Below, piece after piece: positions 1 to 12,537 of a stretch of DNA of 64,000 nt (position 1 is the stretch's first letter; every line of letters begins with the position of its first letter). The notes beneath the pieces are model-generated. The model saw only the letters and a list, made by a program, of their open reading frames with translations, searched no databases and was not told the origin of the DNA. Position numbers and translations under genes: made by a program. This DNA comes from a virus. The stretch is taken from the IMG/VR virus record IMGVR_UViG_3300034073_002585, positions 1 to 64,000 of that record. One strand, written 5' to 3'.

Positions 1-168
1 TGGGAAGTAAGGTGGGAAGTAAGGTGGGAAGTAAGGTGGGAAGTAAGGTGGGAAGTAAGGTGGGAAGTAAGGTGGGAAGTAAGGTGGGAAGTAAGGTGGG
101 AAGTAAGGTGGGAAGTAAGGTGGGAAGAAAGGAGGGAAGTAGGGCGGGAAGTATGGTGGGAAGAATGG
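1..168 (-). repeat. 12-bp tandem repeat (tgggaagtaagg): 10 perfect copies plus 4 degenerate, encoding PYFP
   Basis: Directly visible; in frame with the 798 ORF. Confidence 0.97.
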
Positions 169-798
169 AGCTACAGTAGTTACGCTATTAGTTACAGAGC
201 CTTCAGACGTTCCATTGGCGTTGACGTGATAGAGAGTATATGTCTGAGAAGAACCGCCATTTTCTGCTTCTGTCCAAGGGTTACTTGTCATCGTAACCTG
301 ACCAGGGTTGGTTACCTGGTCAGATGATACAAAATATGTGGAGGTAATTGCTTTTCCACCAGAGTTACCTTGTGACCAAGAAATGATATCCTGGTTAGCT
401 GTGGTGGAGCTTGCAGATGCATTTTGAGGAGCCTGAGGTACGGTTGTAACCGTTACAGCAGAAGCTGCAGTCGGGTCACCATCACCAGAAGCGTTTGTTA
501 GGAATACCTGAACCGTGTATTCTGTGGCAGACAGCAGCCCAGTTACAGTAACAGAATAGACGCCACTACCGTTTGGTGAAGGCAAAACGCCCGTAGAAAG
601 AACAGTATTGTCTGCTTTTTCTACTGTATAGTTTGTTGCTTCTGGAGATAGCTCATTAATTGTCCATGTGACAATCAGTGCACCATCATCGTAGGGTCTA
701 TCGGTTCCAACATCAGTAGCTGTTACATTTTCGGGCGCTAGCGGCTCTAGAAAGTCATTCTGTGAGGATGACCTTCCACCTGCTTCTTTCTTTGCCAT
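1..798 (-). CDS. FN3-domain virion protein with (Pro-Pro-Tyr-Phe)n tract; 3'-partial, runs off the window
   Basis: Not in the ORF track. ATG at 798 gives MAKKEAGGRSSSQNDFLEPLAPENVTATDVG...LIVTW...VTGLLSATEYTVQV...VPQAPQNASAS (FN3-like), ending TTVAPFFPPYFPPYFPPFF(PPYF)n. Confidence 0.85.
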   Translation of the reverse strand, partial: MAKKEAGGRSSSQNDFLEPLAPENVTATDVGTDRPYDDGALIVTWTINELSPEATNYTVEKADNTVLSTGVLPSPNGSGVYSVTVTGLLSATEYTVQVFLTNASGDGDPTAASAVTVTTVPQAPQNASASSTTANQDIISWSQGNSGGKAITSTYFVSSDQVTNPGQVTMTSNPWTEAENGGSSQTYTLYHVNANGTSEGSVTNSVTTVAPFFPPYFPPYFPPFFPPYFPPYFPPYFPPYFPPYFPPYFPPYFPPYFPPYFPPYFP

Positions 799-817
799 GA
801 GTTACTCTCTCTTAACT

Positions 818-3187
818 TTATGCTGTTAGGTCGCCGTATAGAATCCAGCTATCAGTTCCACGCTTCATTATAGTACAGCTTGACCACTGTGTTCTGAGCT
901 TGTTCCCTGGGGTGTAGTTCAAGGTTACGCCTACTGCATTTGCAATAGTTACCTGTCCAGCACCAGTCTGAATGATGTCCATAGATGCACCGATTGGCCA
1001 CTCTAACGTAGAGTTAGTTGGGATGGTGAAGGTTAGAGCGCTTCCACTGTTCATCTCAACTACGTTGTCCTTGTGGTCGAGGGTGTCTAGGGTGTAGCTT
1101 GCAGTCTTTTCGGTGAAGCCAGTCAGCGATGCCACACCAGCAGAAGTCTGGATGGTGTTGTCTGGGAACACGATTCCAGTGGTAGCAATCAAGTTGGCTG
1201 CAGTAACTTCTGAAGCCTGAATTGGTGCCAAAGCAAAAGTGTTTGCCGAGGTGTCGATAAATACAGACTCGTCTGGCTCTGGGACGTAGCCGTCGAAGAA
1301 CTTGAAGACTCCGTCAGTTGCATCACGGAATACACCAGCGTGAGCATAGGTGTTGTCTGCGTAACGACCAGCTGCCCAACCAAGGTCTGGGTTTGAGTGG
1401 ACCTTACCGCGAGCAGTTCCGCCAGACACATAGGTGTCGGTTACGGTGCTGGCAACGGTAAAGGTGTTGCTGGTAACTGCAATGATTTCTAGGCCATCTG
1501 AATCAAAGTCAAACGAGCTAGGAGTAGTGTTAGCTACAGTTACAAAGTAACCAACCTCAAAGCCATGAGCGTCTTCAGTGGTGTAAACAACGTTAGTTCC
1601 GTCACCAGTTGCGTCGGTAACTGTAGCAAGGCCAGCCTGGTTCAAGTAAACCATGTTGTCTTGAAGCTTTAGGTTTGATGTGCTAATGGTGGTAGTGGTT
1701 CCCTGAACAATCAAGTTACCAGTAATGGTCACATCTGGTGCCTCAACAGCGCCAGTGAATGTTGCACCAGCAAGAGCTGCCTTTGCGTCCAACTGAGTCT
1801 GAAGGTTGGAAGTTGCTCCTGCCAAGTAGTTTATTTCGGTAGAAGTTACGTTAGCAGTATCCACGCCATCAAGAGTTGATAGCTGAGTGTAGGTAACGTT
1901 TCCGATGCCAATCATTGGCAGCGGGTCAGTTGACTCGTCGTAGTAGAATGCGTTATCTAGTCTCTGCTTAACATTACGGTCGATGTCAGCTAGGTAGGTA
2001 GAGATTTGCATACCATCTAGACCAGCAATATCAAAGTTGCTGTTAGCTGGGATAGTTAGAGATTCGGCGTTGCTGAATACAACATTTCCAGTGAAGTCTG
2101 GGCTTGCAATTGGTGCGTAGATGCTAGCAGCTGATGAGCTGTCTAGCTTTGCATCTAGCTGGTCTTGAATGTTAGAGCTAACGTTATCTAAGTGTCCGAG
2201 CTCGGTGCCAGATATGTCACCTATGGTAGTTCCAGTAGGTAGAGAAACTGTTCCAGTAAAGGTCGGGCTCTCTAAGGTTGCGTAATCTGCCAAGGTGGTA
2301 GATAGAGAAGTATTTGTTACCAGCTCTGCAGTGTTGTCAATCCCGTGGATTCCTGTAGTGTCGTTTGTGTGAGCAAGAACTGCATCAGACAAGTCACCTT
2401 GAAGAACTAGAAGAGCGGTGTTTGCAATACCGTGAACGTTTAAAGTTTCTCCGTTGTGGGTAGATACTGCGGAGCTAAGTGCGGAAGTGACTACCAGGTC
2501 TGAGGTGTCAGCAATCCCGTGAACGTTAACAGTCTCTAAGTCGTGAGCTGTTATAGCAGACGTTAAATCAGAAGTAACTACTAAATCAGCAGTATTTGCG
2601 ATACCGTGTACGTTGGTAGTTACAGCCTCGTGTACTGATATTGCTCCGTCTATCTCTAGAGTAACGTCTGCAGAGTATGCCAAGTTTGCAGTATTCGAGA
2701 TACCGTGCACATTTGTAGTGTCTTGGTCATGTTGAGATACCGCATTAGCTACGTAAGATTCAGTGGCAAGACCAACTAGGTCACCGCTAACAACTAAATC
2801 AGCAGTGTCAGCAATACCGTGAATATTTGTAGTTACATTAGAGTAGTCTGACACATATGTGTTTGTGTAGGAAATTGCGTTAGATTCAGCATTAGCAATA
2901 TTTCCTGAAATGGTAGTAAAAAAGTTTGCATCATCATTGATGGCAGCAGCAAGCTCATTGAGCGTATCTAATGCACCAGGGGCGGAATCAATAACATTTG
3001 CTATAGCAGCATTGATGTCATCTTGGTTAATTCCAGCATAATCTAAGGATGACCATGTATTGGCTCCATCACCTAGTTTAAACTTAGCGGTATCGGTCTC
3101 ATACCCAAGCTCACCTGCGGCGAGGGTAGGGTTTGCCGAAGTCCATTCTGCGGCGGTTCCTCGCCTAAACTGAATCCTGACTGCCAT
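818..3187 (-). CDS. Tail fibre-like protein with Mtd-N-type N-terminus and His-containing repeats
   Basis: N-terminus IQFRRGTAAEWTSANPTLAAGELGYETDT; six TxNVHGIxxTxxLV-like repeats; C-terminus ...WILYGDL typical of phage fibres. Confidence 0.8.
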   Translation of the reverse strand: MAVRIQFRRGTAAEWTSANPTLAAGELGYETDTAKFKLGDGANTWSSLDYAGINQDDINAAIANVIDSAPGALDTLNELAAAINDDANFFTTISGNIANAESNAISYTNTYVSDYSNVTTNIHGIADTADLVVSGDLVGLATESYVANAVSQHDQDTTNVHGISNTANLAYSADVTLEIDGAISVHEAVTTNVHGIANTADLVVTSDLTSAITAHDLETVNVHGIADTSDLVVTSALSSAVSTHNGETLNVHGIANTALLVLQGDLSDAVLAHTNDTTGIHGIDNTAELVTNTSLSTTLADYATLESPTFTGTVSLPTGTTIGDISGTELGHLDNVSSNIQDQLDAKLDSSSAASIYAPIASPDFTGNVVFSNAESLTIPANSNFDIAGLDGMQISTYLADIDRNVKQRLDNAFYYDESTDPLPMIGIGNVTYTQLSTLDGVDTANVTSTEINYLAGATSNLQTQLDAKAALAGATFTGAVEAPDVTITGNLIVQGTTTTISTSNLKLQDNMVYLNQAGLATVTDATGDGTNVVYTTEDAHGFEVGYFVTVANTTPSSFDFDSDGLEIIAVTSNTFTVASTVTDTYVSGGTARGKVHSNPDLGWAAGRYADNTYAHAGVFRDATDGVFKFFDGYVPEPDESVFIDTSANTFALAPIQASEVTAANLIATTGIVFPDNTIQTSAGVASLTGFTEKTASYTLDTLDHKDNVVEMNSGSALTFTIPTNSTLEWPIGASMDIIQTGAGQVTIANAVGVTLNYTPGNKLRTQWSSCTIMKRGTDSWILYGDLTA

Positions 3188-3205
3188 CTGTCTTAGTTCC
3201 TTATT

Positions 3206-3436
3206 CTAGAAACTGGATGGCCCTCCGCCATCCCAGTTAATGTTGTATGAGCTAGAGGCGTCGCCGCCATCTACGTTTGTGATGTCTCCTGCTGTCATGG
3301 ATACCCATGCTATTCCGTCATAGGTGTACATCGAACCTATGTCGGACCTGAAGAAGAGGTCGCCCTGCTCAGCAGTCGCTGGAAATGAGCTTCCTTGTAC
3401 GATATTGATTGGTGTTAGAAACTTCTTACTAGCCAT
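3206..3436 (-). CDS. Small virion/fibre adaptor protein (paralog of 41947-42222)
   Basis: KKFLTPI...FPATAEQGDLFFRSD, C-terminal DGG motifs. Confidence 0.7.
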   Translation of the reverse strand: MASKKFLTPINIVQGSSFPATAEQGDLFFRSDIGSMYTYDGIAWVSMTAGDITNVDGGDASSSYNINWDGGGPSSF

Positions 3437-3475
3437 CTCTAAGCGACCTCTTTCTTCTGTCCTATTTTACCCTAA

Positions 3476-5245
3476 TTACCCAACTACGACTACGCGGTAG
3501 CTGTTAGCAGCAACGGTGCTTGCAGCAGTCCAAGTAAGAGTAATCGTGTTAGCGTCGGTGTGTACAACATCAACCATAACTTCGGAGTCATCTGATAGGT
3601 CACGGATAGAAACAACCGTGTCAGAGGTGTTGAGGTTGTGAGATACGGTCCAAGTTGCGATGTTACTTGAAGGAGTGATTTCCGCGTTGCTTGCGGCGTA
3701 CTTGGTGGTTGCACCGAGGTTGGAGCGAGCTCCAGCAGCGGTTGTTGCACCCGTACCACCCTGGCTGATAGCGATGGTGCCATCAAGGTCAGCAACTGGA
3801 ATGGTGCTAGAAGCAGTGAATGCGCTAGTTCCGTTACCAGTAATGTAACCAGTTAGGCTGGTTGCACCAGTACCACCGTAAGGAACACCCACAGTAGTGC
3901 CGTTCCAAGTACCAGAAGTGATGGTACCTACAGTATCAATCGAAGACTGACCAGCGTAGTTGGCAGAAATGTCAATGGAATCAGCGTTTACGGTGATGCG
4001 GTCAGTGGTTCCACCAATGTTAAAGACGGTTCCGTCCTGAACAAGACCAGCACCAGCAGAGATAACACCTGCACCAGAGAACTGAGTAAAGGTTAGGTTG
4101 GTGGTACCAACTGAAATTACATCATTCGTTGACAATACCCAGCCAGTGTCACCCTGAGTAGTACCTTCAGATACGAAGGTAAACAGACCTGCTGTAACCT
4201 CTTCGTCTGAGTCAGAGTCAGCTGAACGGGTCCATGAACCACCATCAACTACATCGTAGATACCGTTCTCAGAAGCGTCGGTCTGGTTCTTTACAAGAAC
4301 ACGGTCGCCAGCAACAAGAGATACACCGTCAACGGTCTGAGTTCCGCTTAAGGTGATGTTGGCAGTGGTAGCTGCACGAACCGATAGCTTGACATCAAGA
4401 CCCTGAGCTGAAGCTTCAATCTGCGAGTCAACATAGCTCTTGAGAGCCAAGGTTGAGGTGTTAGCAGTGAAGACACCAGTTGAGCTGTTGTAGGTAAGAG
4501 TGTTGTCGCCAGCTGCTACAGCGGCACGAGCACGTGCGTCGGTGTAGTAGAGGTCAGTACCCTCTGCAATGTCGTTGGTGGTCAGGTTGTTGATAGTGTT
4601 GTCTACTGCCGAAATTTCACCGTCAACGTAAGATACAGTTGCAACATTTGCAGTGTCTACAGTGAATACACCAGTCGAGCTGTTGTAGTCTAGGTAGTCA
4701 TCACCAGAGCTAACTGCACCACGAGCACGAGCGTCAGTGTAGTAAAGGTTGGTAGAACCTTCAGTTAGGTCGTCGGTGTCAGAGTCAGCTACACCGTTCT
4801 CAGCGGTAATGGTAAGACCATCACCGTCACCAGTGATGGTGATGTTGGTTAGAGTAGCGTTGGTCAGCAGGTTAGCTGCGTCACCCTTTGCACGAGCGGT
4901 GGTGTAGTAAAGATTAGTTAGACCCTCTGACAAGTCGTCAGTGTCCATGCTTCCAGATACATAGCTGTCAACACGAGCATCGGTGTAGTAAAGGTTATTG
5001 GAACCTTCCTCGATGTCATCGGTGGTTAGTGCGTCGATTGCATTTGAGATTGCAGTGTCAACATTTCCACCAGCAGCCAAAGTAACCCAAGCGGAGCCGC
5101 TGTAGTACTTAAGGGTGGAGTCTGAGGTGTTGTAATAGAATTGACCAGTTACTGGGGACGAGGGCGCAGACGACAGGTTTTGAATCCTGGCATTGAGCAG
5201 CTCATTCTTATTGAGGTCAAGCCCTGTTAGGAATTGCTTTGCCAT
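3476..5245 (-). CDS. Tail fibre/virion structural protein
   Basis: Four TDDxxEGxxNLYYTxAR repeats; LSGTQTVDGVSLVAGDRVLVKNQTDASENGIY motif common in phage fibre proteins. Confidence 0.8.
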   Translation of the reverse strand: MAKQFLTGLDLNKNELLNARIQNLSSAPSSPVTGQFYYNTSDSTLKYYSGSAWVTLAAGGNVDTAISNAIDALTTDDIEEGSNNLYYTDARVDSYVSGSMDTDDLSEGLTNLYYTTARAKGDAANLLTNATLTNITITGDGDGLTITAENGVADSDTDDLTEGSTNLYYTDARARGAVSSGDDYLDYNSSTGVFTVDTANVATVSYVDGEISAVDNTINNLTTNDIAEGTDLYYTDARARAAVAAGDNTLTYNSSTGVFTANTSTLALKSYVDSQIEASAQGLDVKLSVRAATTANITLSGTQTVDGVSLVAGDRVLVKNQTDASENGIYDVVDGGSWTRSADSDSDEEVTAGLFTFVSEGTTQGDTGWVLSTNDVISVGTTNLTFTQFSGAGVISAGAGLVQDGTVFNIGGTTDRITVNADSIDISANYAGQSSIDTVGTITSGTWNGTTVGVPYGGTGATSLTGYITGNGTSAFTASSTIPVADLDGTIAISQGGTGATTAAGARSNLGATTKYAASNAEITPSSNIATWTVSHNLNTSDTVVSIRDLSDDSEVMVDVVHTDANTITLTWTAASTVAANSYRVVVVG

Positions 5246-5266
5246 TCTTTTTTATTCTTTCTTTTT

Positions 5267-5629
5267 CTAGGAGAGGTACGCTTTCCCCGAAATTGCTGCG
5301 GAGAAAGTTATTGTTATGTTGTTTGCGTCAGTGTGGCTGACAGCGCCCTCGACTAGGTTTGAAGCTGAGTCGAAGATTTGTACGGTCGGATAGAAGTTCA
5401 AGTTGTGGGCTATCGACCAGGTGTTGCTCGTAGCACCCTGAGTGTGAGTGTACGAAACTTGAGTGGTGTCTACACCAATATATTCAAGACTGTTCCATGC
5501 AGTAGAGCCGTCTCCAATTTTCATTAGACGAGTGTCTCGCTCTATCCCTACTTCGCCCCTTGCAAGAGTCGGGTTAGCTGACTCCCAGTTGGATGCGGTG
5601 TCATTTCTAAGTTGTATCTGTACGGCCAT
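5267..5629 (-). CDS. Small fibre protein with Mtd-N-type domain
   Basis: IQLRNDTASNWESANPTLARGEVGIERDT...KIGDG; WSIAHNL domain. Confidence 0.75.
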   Translation of the reverse strand: MAVQIQLRNDTASNWESANPTLARGEVGIERDTRLMKIGDGSTAWNSLEYIGVDTTQVSYTHTQGATSNTWSIAHNLNFYPTVQIFDSASNLVEGAVSHTDANNITITFSAAISGKAYLS

Positions 5630-5650
5630 AATGTATTTGCCTATCCTTTG

Positions 5651-6349
5651 TTAGAAGGTGGTGGCGTCTCCCCCCTCAATTGTACCTGAAATATTCTGTC
5701 CTGATATCTGTAGCTGTGTGCTGTGAATGTTTGTCCACATGTTGTTTGAAGAGTCGTAAGTTACGACATCTCCCTGTAACGGTTCATTAAAGTCAACGTC
5801 ATTTAAGTCTTCAAAATTGTTTACCGTACCAGCGTCACCAATAGGTGCAACAAGTAGCGAAACAGATTCATTGTATGTAAACTCTGTAGCCGTACCATCT
5901 AAGTAGACAAGAACAAAGGTTCTCCATCCAGAGCTACTAGTCACGGAACGGACGTAGTGCCTGCTCATATTTCTTGTGTTGTCGTTTGACTGGATAGTAA
6001 TAATAGATTTGTATGTGTTGGTCGACTGGGTCATTGCATTTAGCAGACCGAGCTGGCCGTCAGTTATCGCGTCTGTTTCTGAGATATATAACTCTGTTGC
6101 CAAACTTAAGTCAGCATTATTAAAAGCCATGTAGCCACCGCCAGGGTTAGCGGCTGAGACAGAGTTGTTAAATTTGTAGTTGGCACTAAGACCAGCGCCA
6201 GCCTCGCCTTGCGGACCTGTTGGTCCTTGCGGTCCCGCAGCTCCAGCTGGACCTACAGGACCCTGTGCTCCCTGTGGCCCAGCTGCTGCAACTGTGATTT
6301 GACGAGCATATCTACCAGAAGTAACTGTGCTAACTGTGTATCCTGCCAT
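5651..6349 (-). CDS. Collagen-repeat virion protein
   Basis: Gly-X-Y run GPQGAQGPVGPAGAAGPQGPTGPQGEAG; C-terminal EGGDATTF. Confidence 0.8.
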   Translation of the reverse strand: MAGYTVSTVTSGRYARQITVAAAGPQGAQGPVGPAGAAGPQGPTGPQGEAGAGLSANYKFNNSVSAANPGGGYMAFNNADLSLATELYISETDAITDGQLGLLNAMTQSTNTYKSIITIQSNDNTRNMSRHYVRSVTSSSGWRTFVLVYLDGTATEFTYNESVSLLVAPIGDAGTVNNFEDLNDVDFNEPLQGDVVTYDSSNNMWTNIHSTQLQISGQNISGTIEGGDATTF

Positions 6350-6711
6350 TAGTAAGTTACCTCCGACCTAACTGCAAAGTTACCTTGCAACAATTTATAT
6401 ACATATAAATCAGATGATGGTGCAACCAACTCCAGGTCATACACATAAAGACCTTCATCTATGTTTGCCATTTGAGAGTCGTCAACATAAATTGCAATGC
6501 TGCCATCACTATCCCCCAGTTCGATGCCACCATTTTCAGTAGTCAGATTCAAAACTACTGTTGAACTTTGTGCTGTGGGGCGTACTTGCATCCTTGCAGA
6601 ATATCCGTCAAACAATATTGGCTTATTAGCTGGGTCTTTGTAGTAAATGATGCGCGAAAGCGTAGAGCCTTGGTCGGCTACTATGTTGTATTGTCCAGCT
6701 GGTGTGCTCAT
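6349..6711 (-). CDS. Virion structural (baseplate/fibre adaptor-like) protein
   Basis: GYSARMQVR...LTTENGGI...YVYDLEL motif seen at the head of phage fibre operons. Confidence 0.65.
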   Translation of the reverse strand: MSTPAGQYNIVADQGSTLSRIIYYKDPANKPILFDGYSARMQVRPTAQSSTVVLNLTTENGGIELGDSDGSIAIYVDDSQMANIDEGLYVYDLELVAPSSDLYVYKLLQGNFAVRSEVTY

Positions 6712-6796
6712 TGGACTCTTTCGGCAGGAGAGGCAAAGATGTCTCTCTAATTTTACCTCACTTTAAATTAGACGATGAGAGAGGTATACTAGCTAT

Positions 6797-7018
6797 ATGA
6801 TTGCAACAGATACAGAGACAGAGCAGCAAAGTGAAACTTCTAGTCCAAAATATGCTCATTACGCCGAGTCAGTGTCTGTTACTGAGGGTTACATAATTGG
6901 TAGACCTATAGTGGCTTTGTGCGGAGAGGTATTTATTCCGTCTAGGGACCCTAAAAAATTTCCAATCTGTCCGATTTGCAAAGAGATTGTAGAAGCACTA
7001 TTATTGCCAGAAGAATAA
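6797..7018 (+). CDS. DUF3039-family protein (actinobacterial)
   Basis: HYA...ALCGEVFIPSRDPKKFPICPICKEI. Confidence 0.8.
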   Translation: MIATDTETEQQSETSSPKYAHYAESVSVTEGYIIGRPIVALCGEVFIPSRDPKKFPICPICKEIVEALLLPEE

Positions 7019-7025
7019 AAATCAA

Positions 7026-7047
7026 CCACTAGATTTTGTTCTATACT
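7026..7047 (+). promoter_or_regulatory. Putative NrdR box abutting the -10 (TATACT, 7042-7047) of the nrdHIEF promoter
   Basis: ccaCtAgATtTtGttc fits all conserved positions of the recalled consensus acaCwAtATaTwGtgt. Confidence 0.55.
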
Positions 7048-7133
7048 AGTTACCCAACCAGTCCTGACGGGGTCCTAAAAGACCTATTAAACGTCAGGAT
7101 TTTCCATCTTTATATTCGAAAGGTACCAACAAA

Positions 7134-7355
7134 ATGGTCACTGTGTACACACTCCCAGCTTGCGTTCAATGCGATAGTACGAAGAGGGTGTTGACCAAAA
7201 ATGCAGTTGAGTATGAAGAAGTAGATTTAAGCCAGAACTCTGAAGCTCTAGCTATGGTTCGCGACCTCGGCTATAGTGCTGCTCCTGTTGTAGTCGCGGG
7301 CGATGAGCACTGGAGTGGATTTCGACCAGACAAGCTTGCTACACTCTCTGAGTAG
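7134..7355 (+). CDS. nrdH: Glutaredoxin-like protein NrdH
   Basis: CVQC active site, APVV, WSGFRPD. Confidence 0.97.
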   Translation: MVTVYTLPACVQCDSTKRVLTKNAVEYEEVDLSQNSEALAMVRDLGYSAAPVVVAGDEHWSGFRPDKLATLSE

Positions 7356-7743
7356 TGTATGACATTGTTTATTTTTCTAACATCTCGAACAACACCCATC
7401 GGTTTGTCGAGAAGTTAGGTCTTCCTGCTCAGCGGATACCCGTCCGCTGGGACAGTGAACAGCCTTTTATGGCTAAAAGGGAGTATGTTCTCTTCGTACC
7501 TACTTATGGTGGGGGCAACGATGAGCACACAATTCCCAAGCAGGTCAAGAAGTTCTTGAACATCAAGACCAACAGAAACTTACTCAAAGGTGTTGTCGGC
7601 TTTGGCAACACTAATTTTGGTGACCACTATTGTGCGGCAGCCGAGATGATTTCAGCAAAAACTGGTGTACCTTTGCTGTATAAAGTTGAAATTATGGGTA
7701 CGCCATACGACGTAGAACAAGTACTAGAGAGGCTAGACAGACT

Positions 7744-7771
<28 letters not shown>
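7355..7771 (+). CDS. nrdI: Flavodoxin-like NrdI
   Basis: [25 protein letters not shown]. Confidence 0.97.
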
Positions 7772-10817
<3,046 letters not shown>

Positions 10818-10826
10818 GGAGGTATC

Positions 10827-10877
10827 ATGGACGACTGCAAGTGTGGCGGTAACTGCCCATGTGGTGGAAATAAGTAG
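10827..10877 (+). CDS. 16-aa Cys-rich peptide MDDCKCGGNCPCGGNK
   Basis: AAGGAGG Shine-Dalgarno overlapping the nrdF stop; lies upstream of the operon terminator. Confidence 0.6.
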   Translation: MDDCKCGGNCPCGGNK

Positions 10878-10889
10878 CCACTAAATAAG

Positions 10890-10916
10890 AAACCACCCCC
10901 TAGTGGGGTGGTTTTT
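10890..10916 (+). terminator. Intrinsic terminator of the nrd operon
   Basis: AAACCACCCC-ctagt-GGGGTGGTTT plus T run. Confidence 0.85.
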
Positions 10917-10944
10917 ATTTTTATATAGATGTATAGTTTTCTCT

Positions 10945-11355
10945 ATGTCATATAACCCAAACTTTGATGTTGACTTCTCTAGAGGAAAATTAGGAGAAGA
11001 TTTAGTGTCTGCATTGCCAGAAATGATACAAGATGGAAAAATTGAAGTTAAGACAGATAGTTTAGCTATAAAAACTGGAAATTTTTATGTAGAGACTTGG
11101 CAAAGAAATGTCTACGACATGGAGTGGAAAAAGTCTGGAATTAATGTGACTACCGCCGACTACTGGGCATTTGTAGTAGAACAAACTGGTGCTATGTATT
11201 TAATCAGTACGTCAGATTTGAAAGATTTGATTAGGAAAAATATAGATAAGTACAGAGAAGGGGAGCAGTCTATCGTTAACTATCAGACAAATGGCAGTAG
11301 AGGTAGACTTGTACCAGTATTAGACATTGCGACAAAAATGTTAGGTAAGAACTGA
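10945..11355 (+). CDS. PD-(D/E)XK nuclease-like phage protein
   Basis: GKLGEDLV...IEVKTD...TGNFYVE...SGINVTTADYW; start moved to ATG 10945. Confidence 0.6.
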   Translation: MSYNPNFDVDFSRGKLGEDLVSALPEMIQDGKIEVKTDSLAIKTGNFYVETWQRNVYDMEWKKSGINVTTADYWAFVVEQTGAMYLISTSDLKDLIRKNIDKYREGEQSIVNYQTNGSRGRLVPVLDIATKMLGKN

Positions 11356-11537
11356 TGCCAACCTATTTATATGTATGTGAGTCACATAAGCACCCACATG
11401 AAATTACCCATGGAATGAACGAAAAGCCAAACCAAACGATTTGCGGAAAACCTGATTGCGGTAGTAAACTAGTACGTAAATTCACCGCCCCCGCTATTGA
11501 ATTTAAAGGTACGGGGTTTAACGCTAGTAGAGGATAA
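11355..11537 (+). CDS. FmdB-family zinc ribbon protein
   Basis: MPTYLYVC...H...C..C...FKGTGF. Confidence 0.8.
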   Translation: MPTYLYVCESHKHPHEITHGMNEKPNQTICGKPDCGSKLVRKFTAPAIEFKGTGFNASRG

Positions 11538-11870
11538 ATGAATACTGGGTCAACAAAAAACCTAAAATTTGAAATTACAATCCCCGAATTTCTTAAAAAA
11601 GATGACCCAGCGTGTTCTACGGTTGACCCAGAGATATTCTTCCCTCAAGAAATCCAAATTGGCTCAAAGATAGTCTATAAATATCCAATGCTATCTAAAG
11701 CAAGAGGTATTTGCTCTGAGTGCCCCCTCAAACTTGACTGCTTAGAGTATGCAATGCGAAATGTAGAGTTTGGCGTCTGGGGAGGAACGACCGAGTCTCA
11801 GAGGGAGCAGCTTCGTAAATCCTCAAGAATTATAACTAATAGACGCAAGGCTAGTCCTGACTTCTGGTAA
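11538..11870 (+). CDS. whiB: WhiB-family transcription factor
   Basis: C-STVDPEIFFP...CSEC...C, GVWGG turn. Confidence 0.92.
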   Translation: MNTGSTKNLKFEITIPEFLKKDDPACSTVDPEIFFPQEIQIGSKIVYKYPMLSKARGICSECPLKLDCLEYAMRNVEFGVWGGTTESQREQLRKSSRIITNRRKASPDFW

Positions 11871-11936
11871 GTGGTAAAATAGAAGTGCCTAGGGAGAGAG
11901 GCGAGTTATATTAACCCGCAACCTAGGAGACAAACA

Positions 11937-12224
11937 ATGGGAGTATTCGCTGAAGTATTCCGTAGAACCGCAGCACTAATTATTCTTCGCGTAAGCGGAA
12001 CCTTTGCTGGTGGTTCTTTTGCTGGAGTAGAGCTCTGGCAAGCTGGCCTAATGGCAGCTTTCATCGGCGTAATGGACGTTGCAGAGAACCTGTCCCGTGC
12101 TTACATGATTGATGGAAAGCTTGACTTAGAGGAAATCAACACCGCTTTTGGCGGTCAGGCATACGCCGATGTTGACTCAGCTGCTGAATCTACTGTAGTA
12201 GATGAGGAAGAAGCTAAGGCTTAA
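11937..12224 (+). CDS. Small membrane protein, possibly holin-like (paralog of 49605-49898)
   Basis: Two hydrophobic segments then DGKLDLEEIN. Confidence 0.55.
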   Translation: MGVFAEVFRRTAALIILRVSGTFAGGSFAGVELWQAGLMAAFIGVMDVAENLSRAYMIDGKLDLEEINTAFGGQAYADVDSAAESTVVDEEEAKA

Positions 12225-12282
12225 TCCAAACTAATAAACGCCCCTACTGGACAACTGCTCTGGTAGGGGCTATTATTATTTT

Positions 12283-12537
12283 ATGGACATGAACATGGAA
12301 CGCGACTTTGAAGAGTGGCTAGCTGAGGGTATTAAGCACGGCTGGTGTGGCCCAGCGGTCTGCCACACCCATGACGGACTTCCAATGTCAGAGCCTGAAG
12401 AGGCCGAGTTTGGGGATGGCGGGGAACCCTGTCTTCACATTATTCGTCTATACGAAGACCACATGCATAAAAAGGCAATCGAAGCTAACCACGCACCGTC
12501 TACGTGGAGAGCAACAAATAGAGGTATAGAGGTTTAG
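12283..12537 (+). CDS. Hypothetical protein (paralog of 32781-33020)
   Basis: FEEWL...CHTHDGLP...C.H...P..WRA shared with the paralog. Confidence 0.7.
   Translation: MDMNMERDFEEWLAEGIKHGWCGPAVCHTHDGLPMSEPEEAEFGDGGEPCLHIIRLYEDHMHKKAIEANHAPSTWRATNRGIEV

Noticed and set aside
1-168. Telomere-like or non-coding satellite
   Set aside because: In frame with a minus-strand ORF, and the variant units are synonymous or conservative
818-6349. Diversity-generating retroelement suggested by Mtd-N domains
   Set aside because: No reverse transcriptase or TR/VR pair in the window; the domain is only the N-terminal anchor
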